DNA of 64,000 bases from Halieaceae bacterium (GTDB taxonomy: Bacteria > Pseudomonadota > Gammaproteobacteria > Pseudomonadales > Halieaceae). A model generated the notes under the pieces. It was not told where the DNA came from and searched no databases. It saw nothing but the letters and a program-made list of their open reading frames with translations. The position numbers and the translations under genes are program-made. The stretch spans positions 2,021 to 66,020 of the forward strand of contig JAPOQD010000059.1 in NCBI GenBank assembly GCA_026710905.1, read 5' to 3'. Shown here one piece after another: positions 28,317 to 38,581 of the stretch; positions within the stretch are counted from its first letter, which is position 1, and each line of letters begins with the position of its first letter.

Positions 28317-30161
28317 ATGAGCATGGACCCCGCCATCGAGGCGTTAATCGGCGAACATCCGTTCGATTCACAGGCCATTGCCGCCCGCTACGCCGAGGAG
28401 CGGGACAAGCGGATTAGACCCGACCACAACGAACAGTACATCGAAGTGAGGGCGGAATTTTCCAACTATAAGATCGACCCCAACGCGAACCCGGATTTCC
28501 AACGCGGTCCCCTGACTGACGAGGTCGAGGTGCTCATTATCGGGGCCGGTTACGGCGGCCTGCTCTGCGGCGCCCGTTTGCGAGAGGCGGGTTTCGAAGA
28601 CATCCGCATCATTGACAAGGCCAACGGCTTCGGTGGCACCTGGTACTGGAACCGCTACCCTGGCCTGCACTGTGACACGGAAGCTTACGTGTACATGCCG
28701 CTGCTGGAAGAAGTCGATTATATTCCCGCCCAGAAATATGCTTCGGGCAGTGAAATCCGCGCCCACTGCGAGAGCATCGCGCGCCATTACCGGCTGGACG
28801 AGGGCGCCTGCCTGCAGACCGCGGTGACAGCCCTGCACTGGAATGAAGATACTCAGCGCTGGCTGGTGTGTACCGACCGCGGCGATGAGATGACGGCGCA
28901 GTACGTACTGATGGCCCTGGGGCCGATGGATTGCGCCCGCCTGCCGGGCATTCCAGGTATAAACGAGTATCGGGGCCATACTTTCCATACCAGCCGCTGG
29001 GACTATGCCTACACCGGTGGCAACGACGAGGACTTCGCACTCACCGGTCTCGCCGACAAGCGGGTGGGCGTGGTGGGCACCGCGTGCACGGGGGTGCAGT
29101 GCATTCCACACCTGGCCCGTCACGCCAGGCACCTGTACGTGTTCCAGCGCACCCCTGCGGCGGTGGATGTGCGGGCGAATCGACCCACTGATCCGGAGTG
29201 GTCCGCCTCCCTCGAGCCCGGTTGGCAGGCCGAGCGCAGCGAGAACTTCAACCGTGTGGTCACCGGCGCCCCCACCGAAGTTGACCTGGTAAGAGACGGT
29301 TTCACCGAGGTGGGGCGCCTGCTCGACCCGACGGCGAGTTGGGCAGCCAATGTTCTGGGGCGGGAACTGACCGAGGAAGAGGGTAACTATATCAACCAGG
29401 TGATGGATGACAAGAAGATGGAACAGATCCGCGCCCGGGTGGATGATGTCGTCAATGACCCGGCAACGGCAGAAAGGCTGAAGCCCTGGCACCGGCGCTG
29501 GTGCAAACGCCCCGAGTTCAGTGATGACTACCTGCCGGTGTTCAACCAGGATAACGTGACCCTGGTGGACACGGCGAGCAAGGACATGCGTTTCACCGAC
29601 ACCGGCGCGGTAGTGGGCGACGAGGAATTTGAGCTGGAGTGTGTCATTTTCGCAACCGGCTACGAGGTGGGTACACCGTACACCCAGCGCACGGGTTACA
29701 CGATCACGGGTCGCGATGGCCTCACGCTCGGCGAGTATTGGAAAAAAGGGATGCGCACCATGAACGGCCTGCATATCCGCGGTTTTCCCAACTGCTTTTA
29801 CGTGGGACTGGGTCAGAACGCGGCAGCCACCAATTTCTGTTTCCTGCTCGATGAACAGTCGAAGCACGTGGCCTACATCCTCAGTGAGGCGAAACAGCGG
29901 GGTGTGCAGACCGTTGAGCCGACCGAACAGGCGGTGGAGGACTACCTGACGGAAGTTTCACCCCTGTCTTACGCCCAGTTGCAGTTCTGGAAGGATTGCA
30001 CCCCCAGCTATTTTAATGGAGAGGGCGACAGCGACAATCCCCACGGGTTTTTCGCCAACGTGCACCCCGGGGGCACGGTGGGATTCTACGATCAACTGCG
30101 GCAATGGCGCGAGGAGGGTAATCTCAAGGGGCTGGAACTGGACGGTCGCGAACTCAAGTAA
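28317..30161 (+). CDS. Baeyer-Villiger (type I flavin-containing) monooxygenase
   Basis: AGGAG SD, then MSMDPAIE.... Motifs IIGAGYGGL, FGGTWYWNRYPGLHCD and the BVMO fingerprint YRGHTFHTSRWD. The ORF track start at 28212 is probably too long. Confidence 0.9.
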   Translation: MSMDPAIEALIGEHPFDSQAIAARYAEERDKRIRPDHNEQYIEVRAEFSNYKIDPNANPDFQRGPLTDEVEVLIIGAGYGGLLCGARLREAGFEDIRIIDKANGFGGTWYWNRYPGLHCDTEAYVYMPLLEEVDYIPAQKYASGSEIRAHCESIARHYRLDEGACLQTAVTALHWNEDTQRWLVCTDRGDEMTAQYVLMALGPMDCARLPGIPGINEYRGHTFHTSRWDYAYTGGNDEDFALTGLADKRVGVVGTACTGVQCIPHLARHARHLYVFQRTPAAVDVRANRPTDPEWSASLEPGWQAERSENFNRVVTGAPTEVDLVRDGFTEVGRLLDPTASWAANVLGRELTEEEGNYINQVMDDKKMEQIRARVDDVVNDPATAERLKPWHRRWCKRPEFSDDYLPVFNQDNVTLVDTASKDMRFTDTGAVVGDEEFELECVIFATGYEVGTPYTQRTGYTITGRDGLTLGEYWKKGMRTMNGLHIRGFPNCFYVGLGQNAAATNFCFLLDEQSKHVAYILSEAKQRGVQTVEPTEQAVEDYLTEVSPLSYAQLQFWKDCTPSYFNGEGDSDNPHGFFANVHPGGTVGFYDQLRQWREEGNLKGLELDGRELK

Positions 30162-30177
30162 GCGTGAAGTGATGAGA

Positions 30178-30855
30178 TCATCTGCCTTCATCAGGCGTCA
30201 GCAGTGAGGCTGTTATCCCCAGCAGTGCTTCGTCAACTACCCTGGTCAGTGCGGGAGCAGGTTCCCTGGCAGCTAAAGCGTTGTCTCGTTCGAGCAGGTA
30301 TCCGTAAAATGTATAAGACTCCATAGTTAGTCGCCGTATCATGCTTGTCCGAGAGAGTCGGGTTAATGGATCGAGTAATTCAAGCAGTTCATGTAACGGA
30401 TCGTCGGCAGGCGGATTTATTGACGGGTGGCGCGCGTAACCGTAAGCGGGGTGTGCCAGAAAGCACATGAGGAATCGAGCGTAACTGTGATTGCGGTCAG
30501 CATCTACCTGTTCGGCAACGGAAAGATACAATATTTCCAGCAGCGTACGCAGATTACTGAGTAAATCCCGATCCCTCGCGAGTCGCAAAAGTTGTGCCCT
30601 TCTCTTTTTCTCTGAGCGAAGACGCATGCGGAAAATTGCGTTTATGAGGCCATCGAGGTTTTTAAAATAGTATTGCACGGCAGATTTATTGGCCTGCCCG
30701 GCAGAATATGCGATTTCGTTCAGGGCCACGCCATCGACTCCCTTCCTGGCAATCATGGATTCCCCCGTAGAGATCAAAGCACGTTCGGTCGGGGATTCAG
30801 GGCCTTCGATGTCCAAAATGCTGGTCAGCTTAAGGCGCTTGACTAATCTGGGCAT
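30178..30855 (-). CDS. TetR family transcriptional regulator (third, divergent type)
   Basis: 225 aa. HTH GESMIARKGVDGVALNEIAYSAGQANKSAVQYYFKNLDGL. Not closely related to paralogs A/B. Confidence 0.85.
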   Translation of the reverse strand: MPRLVKRLKLTSILDIEGPESPTERALISTGESMIARKGVDGVALNEIAYSAGQANKSAVQYYFKNLDGLINAIFRMRLRSEKKRRAQLLRLARDRDLLSNLRTLLEILYLSVAEQVDADRNHSYARFLMCFLAHPAYGYARHPSINPPADDPLHELLELLDPLTRLSRTSMIRRLTMESYTFYGYLLERDNALAAREPAPALTRVVDEALLGITASLLTPDEGR

Positions 30856-31068
30856 TTCCCTGGATTGCTCTTTACGAATGATTGGTTACAGAGACTATCA
30901 CTGTTGCGAGACGATAGTAGTTCATTCGTGGGGGAAGGGGTAGCACATACCAAGTGAGCAGCTTGTGAGATGTTGCACGCCTCAGTGCCTGGTACTGGGT
31001 GGCCTGCCTGTCTGAACGGGGCACACACAGAGAGATGCGTAGACGATTTGCCGAGCAAGCGAAAAGGC

Positions 31069-31082
31069 TAGACAAATGATGT
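31069..31082 (+). promoter_or_regulatory. candidate operator, TAGACAAATGATGT (weaker second half)
   Basis: In the 349-nt region between the third TetR and LuxE-like 1. Confidence 0.4.
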
Positions 31083-31087
31083 TTTGA

Positions 31088-31101
31088 TATGCTAGCGTCT
31101 A
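31088..31101 (-). promoter_or_regulatory. variant operator candidate, plus-strand TATGCTAGCGTCTA (= TAGACGCTAGCATA)
   Basis: Shares the 10-mer TAGACGCTAG with the site at 48107-48120. Followed by TATAAG. Confidence 0.35.
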
Positions 31102-31204
31102 TATAAGTAAAGCTACTTAATAATAAGCACCTGCACAGCCACGTACTGATGTGACAACCTGGTGGAATACAAGGTAAAAAGTAGAAGATAGCAGGGAGGT
31201 CGAG

Positions 31205-32617
31205 GTGTCAATTCACGAAGACGCGCTGAAAATGTGCAATAACCCGAAAGAATATTTCAATAATGATGGGTATAACGCGCACCATATGCCGCTAGAGGAA
31301 CTGCACGCGATGCAGCTGGCGGGCGCTCAGGCTCGTTTCTCAGCTCTGAGAGACCAGATACCGGTACTCCAATCTGTAGCAGATAATTTAGGAATCGACA
31401 AAGTCGACAGTTTCGAAGCAATTGGTCTACTGTTGTTTCCGCATACGATGTACAAGTCGTATCCCAGCTCATTTCTCGAAAAATCACGATTTACGGACCT
31501 CACCAAATGGCTGGACCGTCTTACTGCAGTTTCGATCTCGTCTCTTCCAGTAGGCGATTGCGAGACGATTGACGAATGGCTGGATGTTCTTGACGACGAA
31601 TCACAGCTCCGCGTGTTGCACTCCTCCGGCACGTCGGGGACCATGTCATTCCTGCCGCGAACAAAGCGTGAGTACGAAACATTCTTTGGTCTGACGCGTA
31701 TGTGTCTTCTGGAGGCATTGAAGGAAGAACTGCGTCCAGGGGATAACGACTTTTTTCATGTTATTTCATTGGGGTTCAGCACAGGGCGCAGTGGAGCTCT
31801 AAGGGCGCAGCAGGCCTTTAGAGAACAGCTCGCTGGGTCGGATGACCGTTACCATCCTTTGCACGATGTTCCCATGAGTTCCGATGTCATGTATATGGCG
31901 GCGCGCCTTCGCCGAGCGGAGGCCCGCGGAGAAATCGATAGTCTAGTGGTGAATCCCAAGATACGGGCCCGGCGGCAGGAGTTCGAAGAAACGCAGCGCA
32001 GCCTTGCACAATCCATACGGCGATTGTTCGATGAGGTAATCGCGGGTCTTATCGATCAGCGTGTGTTCATGGTTGGTATGTGGTCCCAGCTTCAGGCTGT
32101 GGCCGGCGAAGGCCTGGCGCGGGGGATCACCGAAGCCTTTGCGCCGGGGAGTATCGTTCAAGGGGGTGGCGGCGCCAAGGGCGCTGTTATGGAAGACGGC
32201 TGGGAGGACGATGTCAAGCGCTTCGCGGGTGTCCAGCGATTCATGAATACCTACGGCATGTCGGAATTAATGAGTGTGAATTACCTGTGCGAAGATGATC
32301 GTTTTCATCTGCAACCCTGGATTGTGCCTATGATTCTTGACCCGGATAGCAGTAAACCACTGCCCCGCGCGGGGGTGCAGACAGGGCGAGCAGGTTTCAT
32401 GGACCTGTTGGCGCAGACCTACTGGGGGGGATTTATCTCCGGCGATGAAGTTACTATTGACTGGTTGCCCTGTCGCTGTGGGCGTACATCGCCCAACCTG
32501 AAAAATGACATACGCCGCTTTAGTGACAAGCAGGGTGGGGACGACAAGATCAATTGCGCAGCCGCTGACGAGGCACACGGCGCTGCGATCAATTTTCTTG
32601 CCTCCGATTTGGGATAA
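31205..32617 (+). CDS. LuxE-like acyl-protein synthetase / PaaK-like adenylate-forming enzyme (copy 1)
   Basis: 470 aa. GTG start with GGGAGG SD. HSSGTSGTMSF (adenylation P-loop), QGGGGAKG, YGMSELMS, HLQPWIVPMILDPDS..PLPRAG.QTGRAGFMDL and CRCGRTSP. These match the LuxE pattern as I recall it (SSGTRG, GGGWK, PPW..A.DP). Confidence 0.75.
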   Translation: MSIHEDALKMCNNPKEYFNNDGYNAHHMPLEELHAMQLAGAQARFSALRDQIPVLQSVADNLGIDKVDSFEAIGLLLFPHTMYKSYPSSFLEKSRFTDLTKWLDRLTAVSISSLPVGDCETIDEWLDVLDDESQLRVLHSSGTSGTMSFLPRTKREYETFFGLTRMCLLEALKEELRPGDNDFFHVISLGFSTGRSGALRAQQAFREQLAGSDDRYHPLHDVPMSSDVMYMAARLRRAEARGEIDSLVVNPKIRARRQEFEETQRSLAQSIRRLFDEVIAGLIDQRVFMVGMWSQLQAVAGEGLARGITEAFAPGSIVQGGGGAKGAVMEDGWEDDVKRFAGVQRFMNTYGMSELMSVNYLCEDDRFHLQPWIVPMILDPDSSKPLPRAGVQTGRAGFMDLLAQTYWGGFISGDEVTIDWLPCRCGRTSPNLKNDIRRFSDKQGGDDKINCAAADEAHGAAINFLASDLG

Positions 32618-32631
32618 ACGGAAGGGTACTG

Positions 32632-34083
32632 ATGGCAACGATTACCGGTGCGGCTTTCATTCGCGGAGAGATATACAGCGATAGTCTTGTCACTTTTGGT
32701 GGTCGAGGGGGTGATGCTTCATTTCTTGCGCCGGATCCGATGAGCCTGCTTGATCACCTACCCCTGCGTGACCCGGGTGCGCTTCGAGATCTTTATGAAC
32801 TCAAATTCGACGATATTGTTGATTATCTGGTCGAGCTGGGCGAGGGGCTTGATTTATCGAAAAACGAGTTCGTGCAGGAAGCGCTGGAGCATTCCTATTT
32901 GATGACGGATATGACGCCTCCGCTTCTCCATCGTCAGTACAGTGAATTCCGCCATATTTTCAGGAGGGAGTTCGTGCGACAGATGGCTGATGTGCCCATC
33001 GGCATACCCTTGCTTGAGGATTGGCAGGAAGTGCAGCTCAGTGATGGACGGCTGGCGTCGATTCGGGCGATGGGTGCGCGCTCACTCCACATCGTTGCGG
33101 GAAACAGTCCGTTTGTTACCGCAATCACCATTGTTCGCAATGCGATTACTCGCAGCGATGCGATCATCAAGCTACCCTCTAACGATCCATTGACAGCATT
33201 GGCGATCGCTCGAACCATGGCTGACTTCGCACCGGATCACCCGTTGACGAAGCATTTATCAGTCGCGTACTGGAAAGGCGGGACCGAAGAGTTCGAGCAG
33301 CGGCTTTATCTGCCCAGCAACCTGGAAAAGATTGTTGCCTGGGGAGGTTTCGCATCCCTGAAACATGTGACTCGATACATCCATCCGGGTTTGGAACTCA
33401 TCTCGCTGGACCCCAAGCGTAGTGCCACAGTGATCGGTCAAGAAGCATTTGCGAGCGAGGCATCGATGCGGGAGGTTGCACGCCGTGCTGCATCGGATAT
33501 GGGTTCTCTCAATCAGTTGGGCTGTACTGCCGCCAGGGTCATCTATGTGGCTTGCGGGACAGGCATTGAAGGTGTGGTAAAGCTGAACCACCTCGGAGAA
33601 ATGATCTATGAAGCATTACTGGGTCTGCCGGGGTCGATCAGCTCCAAACCGAAGCGGTTTGACCCTGAATTGCGGGATAACATCCGCGTGTTGAAATCCT
33701 TTGAAGACTACTACACGGTCATTGGCGGCGAGGAGGACGAAGGCGCCGTCATAGTCTCTCATGCAGGTGAGCCCGTCGATTTTCATACTTCGCTGGCGGG
33801 CCGTGTCGCGAACCTGGTCCCGATAGACAAGCCACTGGACGCCCTCAGGGGAATGAGTGCCTATACACAGACAATCGGTATCTATCCTGAAGCGCTGAAG
33901 AGCGAACTACGGGATATTCTGCCGTTATACGGCGCCCAGCGGATGGTTTCCCTGGGTTATGCGAACACCGGCAATTCCTCGCTACCGCAGGATGCCATCG
34001 AGCCGACGCGACGGATGTGCAAGTGGATTGTTGACGAATCCTGTGATCCGGCGCGTATCCCTGCTCCCTGGCTGGAGAATTAG
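32632..34083 (+). CDS. LuxC-like acyl-CoA/acyl-protein reductase (copy 1)
   Basis: 483 aa. HIVAGNSPFVTAITIVRNAITRSDAIIKLPSNDPLTALAIARTMADFAPDHPLTKHLSVAYWKGG...IVAWGGFASLKHV...LISLDPKRS follows the LuxC consensus closely. Candidate catalytic Cys in NQLGCTAARVIYV. Confidence 0.8.
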   Translation: MATITGAAFIRGEIYSDSLVTFGGRGGDASFLAPDPMSLLDHLPLRDPGALRDLYELKFDDIVDYLVELGEGLDLSKNEFVQEALEHSYLMTDMTPPLLHRQYSEFRHIFRREFVRQMADVPIGIPLLEDWQEVQLSDGRLASIRAMGARSLHIVAGNSPFVTAITIVRNAITRSDAIIKLPSNDPLTALAIARTMADFAPDHPLTKHLSVAYWKGGTEEFEQRLYLPSNLEKIVAWGGFASLKHVTRYIHPGLELISLDPKRSATVIGQEAFASEASMREVARRAASDMGSLNQLGCTAARVIYVACGTGIEGVVKLNHLGEMIYEALLGLPGSISSKPKRFDPELRDNIRVLKSFEDYYTVIGGEEDEGAVIVSHAGEPVDFHTSLAGRVANLVPIDKPLDALRGMSAYTQTIGIYPEALKSELRDILPLYGAQRMVSLGYANTGNSSLPQDAIEPTRRMCKWIVDESCDPARIPAPWLEN

Positions 34084-34096
34084 AGGAGGATCGGGA

Positions 34097-35788
34097 ATGG
34101 AAAGAGAGGCTCGTAAGTACACGGCGAACATCGAAGATCTGCTGGTTGTTGACGAACCGGACAAGCTTGCGTGGCATGATCGAGCGAATCTGGTCGTTAT
34201 CGGATTCGGCGGCGCGGGCGTCGTGGCCTCCCTTCAAGCCCTGGAGCAGGGTGGTAGTGTAATCGCGGTGGACAGGTTTAGCGGCGGTGGGGCTACCGAA
34301 AAGAGCGGTGGAGTAGTGTACGCGGGTGGAACGCGCCATCAGCGCGATGCTGGGTTTGATGACACGGTTGAAGAGATGTTCAAGTATCTCTCCTATGAGG
34401 GAGTACCCGTTCGCGACGAAACTTTGCGACGTTTTTGCGAGACCAGCAACGAGAACATTGAGTGGCTGGAGGGGTTTGGCGTCCGATTCGGCTCCTCATA
34501 TTTCGAGGAACGTATATCCTACCCCCCCGAAGGGTATTTTCTCTACTATTCAGGCATGGAGAAGTTTCGCGGTGACCGCGCGAAGATTGTTCCGCGTGGG
34601 CATCGCACTCTGGGTAGAGGACCAACAGGACAGAACTACTTTGCGCCCCTGAAGGACGCGGCGCTGCGCAAGGGAGTTCGGTTGATCACGCATGCTCCCG
34701 CACGTCGTCTGGTCGTTGATTCTGTGGGGCGTGTTATCGGTGTGGAGATCCAGGTGATTCCCGAGGCGCATCGCGCCAGGCACGAGTCTCTGTACCAAAA
34801 AGTGGACCCCTATAAACTCGGTAGCGGCAGGGTCGCGGAAAAGGCGATTGCAGACTGCCGCGCTTTTGAGGAGAGCGTACCGACTGAACGACGATTGTTG
34901 AGGGCTGACCGCGGCGTGGTCCTTGCTGCGGGGGGCTACAATTACAACCTGGAACTATTCGCCAAGTACCGGCCTATCATCAAGGACGTGTATGGTGATA
35001 TTACCAGGGGCGGTTCCATGGGGTGCGATGGTAGCGGAATCGAACTCGGTATCAGTGCCGGCGGCGCACTGAGCCACATGGATCGCTTCTTTGTGACGAA
35101 GCCTCTATCACCACCACCGTCCTTTGTTCAAGGCGTCCTGGTCAATGCCGAAGGGCAGCGCTACATTGCAGAAGATGCTTATCTGGGTAACATTGGTTGC
35201 GCCACATCCGAGCAGAGCGGTCTGGGAACCGCCTGGTTGATACTCGACAATCGCATTTTCTGGAAAGGATTCCGGGAACTGATCTGGCCGCTTAAGAATG
35301 CTTTTTCCTGGTACGGTTTGCCCGCCATTTTAAACATATTCCTGGGCGGAACGAAACGCGCTCGATCCATTGTTGAACTCGCCTCTCGATGTGGTATCGA
35401 GGAAAGTGGGCTGGAACGCACTCTGTCAGAATTCAATGTGTGTGCGAAACAGCGTCTCGATACCGAGCATGGCAAGATGGCAATTCACTTAACGGCCCTG
35501 GAGAATCCTCCCTACTTTGCGCTCAATATGTCCCTGCGCAATAAGTGGTGCTTCTCGGGAGCGATGCCGTTTGGTGGATTGACCGTTGAAGAAGACACAG
35601 GTGTGGTCACGAGGGCCGATGGGTCGCTTGTTGAAGGCCTGTATGCAGCTGGACGTACAGCGCTGGGAGTCTGCTCCGAAAGCAATTTCAGTGGGCTCTC
35701 GATTGCAGACACCATTTTTTCCGGGCGTCGCGCGGCGAGTGCTGCACTCTCGTCAGGCGTTGTGCAAGCAGTACCTGAAGCGATTTGA
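34097..35788 (+). CDS. FAD-dependent oxidoreductase, KstD/fumarate-reductase-flavoprotein-like (copy 2)
   Basis: GGAGGA SD, then MEREARKY.... NLVVIGFGGAGVVASLQALEQGGSVIAVDRFSGGGATEKSGGVVYAGG. Paralog of 25717-27408. The ORF track start at 33959 overlaps LuxC and is probably too long. Confidence 0.85.
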   Translation: MEREARKYTANIEDLLVVDEPDKLAWHDRANLVVIGFGGAGVVASLQALEQGGSVIAVDRFSGGGATEKSGGVVYAGGTRHQRDAGFDDTVEEMFKYLSYEGVPVRDETLRRFCETSNENIEWLEGFGVRFGSSYFEERISYPPEGYFLYYSGMEKFRGDRAKIVPRGHRTLGRGPTGQNYFAPLKDAALRKGVRLITHAPARRLVVDSVGRVIGVEIQVIPEAHRARHESLYQKVDPYKLGSGRVAEKAIADCRAFEESVPTERRLLRADRGVVLAAGGYNYNLELFAKYRPIIKDVYGDITRGGSMGCDGSGIELGISAGGALSHMDRFFVTKPLSPPPSFVQGVLVNAEGQRYIAEDAYLGNIGCATSEQSGLGTAWLILDNRIFWKGFRELIWPLKNAFSWYGLPAILNIFLGGTKRARSIVELASRCGIEESGLERTLSEFNVCAKQRLDTEHGKMAIHLTALENPPYFALNMSLRNKWCFSGAMPFGGLTVEEDTGVVTRADGSLVEGLYAAGRTALGVCSESNFSGLSIADTIFSGRRAASAALSSGVVQAVPEAI

Positions 35789-35876
35789 AGGCCTCGCTTT
35801 TCGGCTGTGTGGAGCGCCCGCCCGAAATGATGTGGGGGTGCGAAAAGACCGTCTCGCAATATACGAGTAAACAATA

Positions 35877-35890
35877 TAGACATTTGTTGA
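35877..35890 (+). promoter_or_regulatory. candidate TetR-type operator, TAGACATTTGTTGA
   Basis: Lies 123 nt upstream of the TonB-dependent receptor start. Followed by TTTATATTGT. Confidence 0.55.
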
Positions 35891-36012
35891 TTTATATTGT
35901 AAGCTGCTATTGTTTAAGCAATACTACTTAAATAGTGTGATGCAACTTCAAATAACACGAGTCTAGCCAGCTGTTGGTTGGCAGTGATCTCAAGAATCCG
36001 GGAGTAATCTTT

Positions 36013-38400
36013 ATGAGTAGCAAGTACCTCGCCTTGAAATTGGGTCCCCTCATGATCCTGCTATCAAGTCTCGCTGTTGAGTCCGTTGCCACAGAGCTGG
36101 AGGAAGTCATCGTAACAGCGCGGAAACGTGCTGAATCGCTACAGGATGCACCCCTGGCAATTACAGCTCTGAGGATGGAGGACATTGAACGCTTTGGCTA
36201 TCGCGACCTGGAATCGGTCGCCGACCAGATGCCAGAGTTGATCATCAATGTCAACGCGGCGGCGACTGCCGGCGCTATCGCCCTGAGGGGTGTGTCATCA
36301 GGGACCTTCGGCTCAGATCTTGACCAGGCTGTGTCCAGGAATATCGATGGCGTAGTAATCAGCCGGGCCGTCTCGCTGGTGTCGGGGTTTCACGACTTAC
36401 AGCAGATCGAAGTGCTTAAGGGGCCGCAGGCGCTGTTCTGGGGTAAGAACAGTCCCGGAGGCATTATCAGCTTCACCACGGCGGACCCCGGTGAAGAGTT
36501 CGAAGCCGATGTTACCCTGGGCCACGAAACGGAAATGGAGCAAGCCTATGTTAGCGGCGTGCTTTCTGGCCCCATCAGCGATAACTGGGGTGCCAGGCTA
36601 GCTGTCAAGTACCTGGACCAGGAAGGTCATATGGATAACGAGGTAGAAGGAGAAAAGTGGAATCAATTGGAAGACATTGAAGACACCTTCTTGCGCTTCA
36701 CCTTGGTGGGTGACATTACAGACAAGCTCAGTGTCCGAGCTAAGTTGGCCTACAACGAGACTGATTCCAGCGGTAACTTTGGCGCTGCTCAGAGCTATTA
36801 TTGCCCGACTGCTCCAGCACCGGGTGATCAGTGTAAGCTGGATGACGATGTGCGCTCAGTCGGCGACCCAAGGGCTGCCGGCTACGGGCCCTGGGCGGAG
36901 TTCTATGCGGATGGCCAACCTTTTCAGGATCTTGAAAATACGCTGGCGAGCGTGGAGATAAACTACGACTTTGGCAACATGACGTTGAGCGCACTCACGG
37001 GCTGGAATGAGTGGGAGAGGGGCTTCTTGTCCATTGACCCCATCAGTGAAATTCCTGGTTTTATCAGCGGGAATGGGTACAAATATGACTCGATTTCGCA
37101 GGAGATTCGCCTCTCCAGCGAGCATGAGGGTCCATTTCAGTTCATGCTGGGGGCGTTCTGGCAGCAGGTGGATAGCGACGTGGTCGGCACGGGCTACTTC
37201 CACGATCCTTTTGTGCAGTTCACCAATCCTGGCAGATTGATCGATAAATCGCAGGATACCTTGTTCTGGTGGATCGGCACACAATCCGATGTCGCTACGG
37301 ATGCCTGGTCAGTGTTTTTGCAGGGTTCGTACGATATCACCGACACGCTCAATCTAGCCGTCGGGGTGCGCTATTCAGAGGAAGAAAAGGAAGCGAACAA
37401 ATTCCACAACACCTGCTATGCGCCCATTGTGTTTGGATCGTTCGAACCGATGACGGAAGACAATTGTATTCCGTTTCCTGCCCCGGGATATCAGGAGTGG
37501 GATGGCCTCGAATATGATGCGGATAATACATCACCGGAGGTTACGCTGACCTGGCAACCCCAAGACAACGTTACCTATTACGCTTCGTACAAGGAGGGAT
37601 TCAAGTCAGGTGGATTCAACCTCACCTTTACAATTACTGAAAACCCCATTTTTGACGAGGAAACGGTGGAGGGATTTGAGGCCGGCATAAAAGCGGAATT
37701 GTTGAATCGCCGCCTGCGTGTGGATTGGGCGCTTTACAGCTATGAGTACACTGATTTACAGGTATCAGCCTGGGATCCAGTAACCTCCCAGATCGACATT
37801 TTCAATGCCGCCGAAGCAACGGTCGAGGGAACGGAACTCGCCCTGACCTATATACCGGAGGCAGTAAGTGGCCTGACGCTTACGACTCAGATTGCTTACA
37901 ACAATGCGGAATACGACGAATTTGAAACACGCTGCTATGTCGGGCAAACAATCGCGGGGGGTTGTACGATTGGCCCGGATGATATGGGTGCATTTCAGGT
38001 GCAGGACCTTTCCGGGGATAAGCTGAATTACGCGCCGGAATTCGGCGCAACGTTTGCCGCCGTTTTCGAAGCTCCGCTAGGCAACACCAGCTTGAGCTAT
38101 AACCTGTCAGCAAGCGCAAACTATACCGATGAGTACATGGCGCACGACGCGTTCAACCCACAGGCGGTGATGACTGACGCCTGGCGCTACAACGCTTCTG
38201 CCCGCCTGTACGGGGCCGATAAGCGCTGGGAACTTGCCGTGATCGGCAGAAACCTCTCCGATGAGCGGCGAGTAACCTACACGCAGGAGGTAAGAGGCAC
38301 CGGATTTGGAACCGGCACAAATGATGGATTGTCGGCCAATTTGTCGGGCTGGGGATCCATGCCGCGCCAGATCGAGTTGCAGGCCACCTATCGATTCTGA
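36013..38400 (+). CDS. TonB-dependent outer-membrane receptor
   Basis: Signal peptide MSSKYLALKLGPLMILLSSLAVES, plug domain (EEVIVTARKRAESLQDAPLAITAL), a long beta-barrel and a C-terminal ...LQATYRF ending in Phe. Confidence 0.9.
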   Translation: MSSKYLALKLGPLMILLSSLAVESVATELEEVIVTARKRAESLQDAPLAITALRMEDIERFGYRDLESVADQMPELIINVNAAATAGAIALRGVSSGTFGSDLDQAVSRNIDGVVISRAVSLVSGFHDLQQIEVLKGPQALFWGKNSPGGIISFTTADPGEEFEADVTLGHETEMEQAYVSGVLSGPISDNWGARLAVKYLDQEGHMDNEVEGEKWNQLEDIEDTFLRFTLVGDITDKLSVRAKLAYNETDSSGNFGAAQSYYCPTAPAPGDQCKLDDDVRSVGDPRAAGYGPWAEFYADGQPFQDLENTLASVEINYDFGNMTLSALTGWNEWERGFLSIDPISEIPGFISGNGYKYDSISQEIRLSSEHEGPFQFMLGAFWQQVDSDVVGTGYFHDPFVQFTNPGRLIDKSQDTLFWWIGTQSDVATDAWSVFLQGSYDITDTLNLAVGVRYSEEEKEANKFHNTCYAPIVFGSFEPMTEDNCIPFPAPGYQEWDGLEYDADNTSPEVTLTWQPQDNVTYYASYKEGFKSGGFNLTFTITENPIFDEETVEGFEAGIKAELLNRRLRVDWALYSYEYTDLQVSAWDPVTSQIDIFNAAEATVEGTELALTYIPEAVSGLTLTTQIAYNNAEYDEFETRCYVGQTIAGGCTIGPDDMGAFQVQDLSGDKLNYAPEFGATFAAVFEAPLGNTSLSYNLSASANYTDEYMAHDAFNPQAVMTDAWRYNASARLYGADKRWELAVIGRNLSDERRVTYTQEVRGTGFGTGTNDGLSANLSGWGSMPRQIELQATYRF

Positions 38401-38419
38401 CGGTGGTAGTGCAGGCAGG

Positions 38420-38445
38420 GCACGGCTGTCATTTTAAGGCCGTGC
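38420..38445 (+). terminator. possible stem-loop terminator after the receptor gene
   Basis: GCACGGC-12 nt-GCCGTGC, 20 nt after the stop codon. There is no U-tract, so this is weak. Confidence 0.3.
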
Positions 38446-38581
38446 GCTGGCGAATTTGCGCAGGTTTCCAATAAGCAGGCAACAAAGTCAGGAAATCGGA
38501 ACGTCGGTGCAGCAGGCGCGCTTTACACTTTGTATTGCCGCCTTCTGATACTTCGCAGCGCAAGGCGCCAGGATACGTTCA

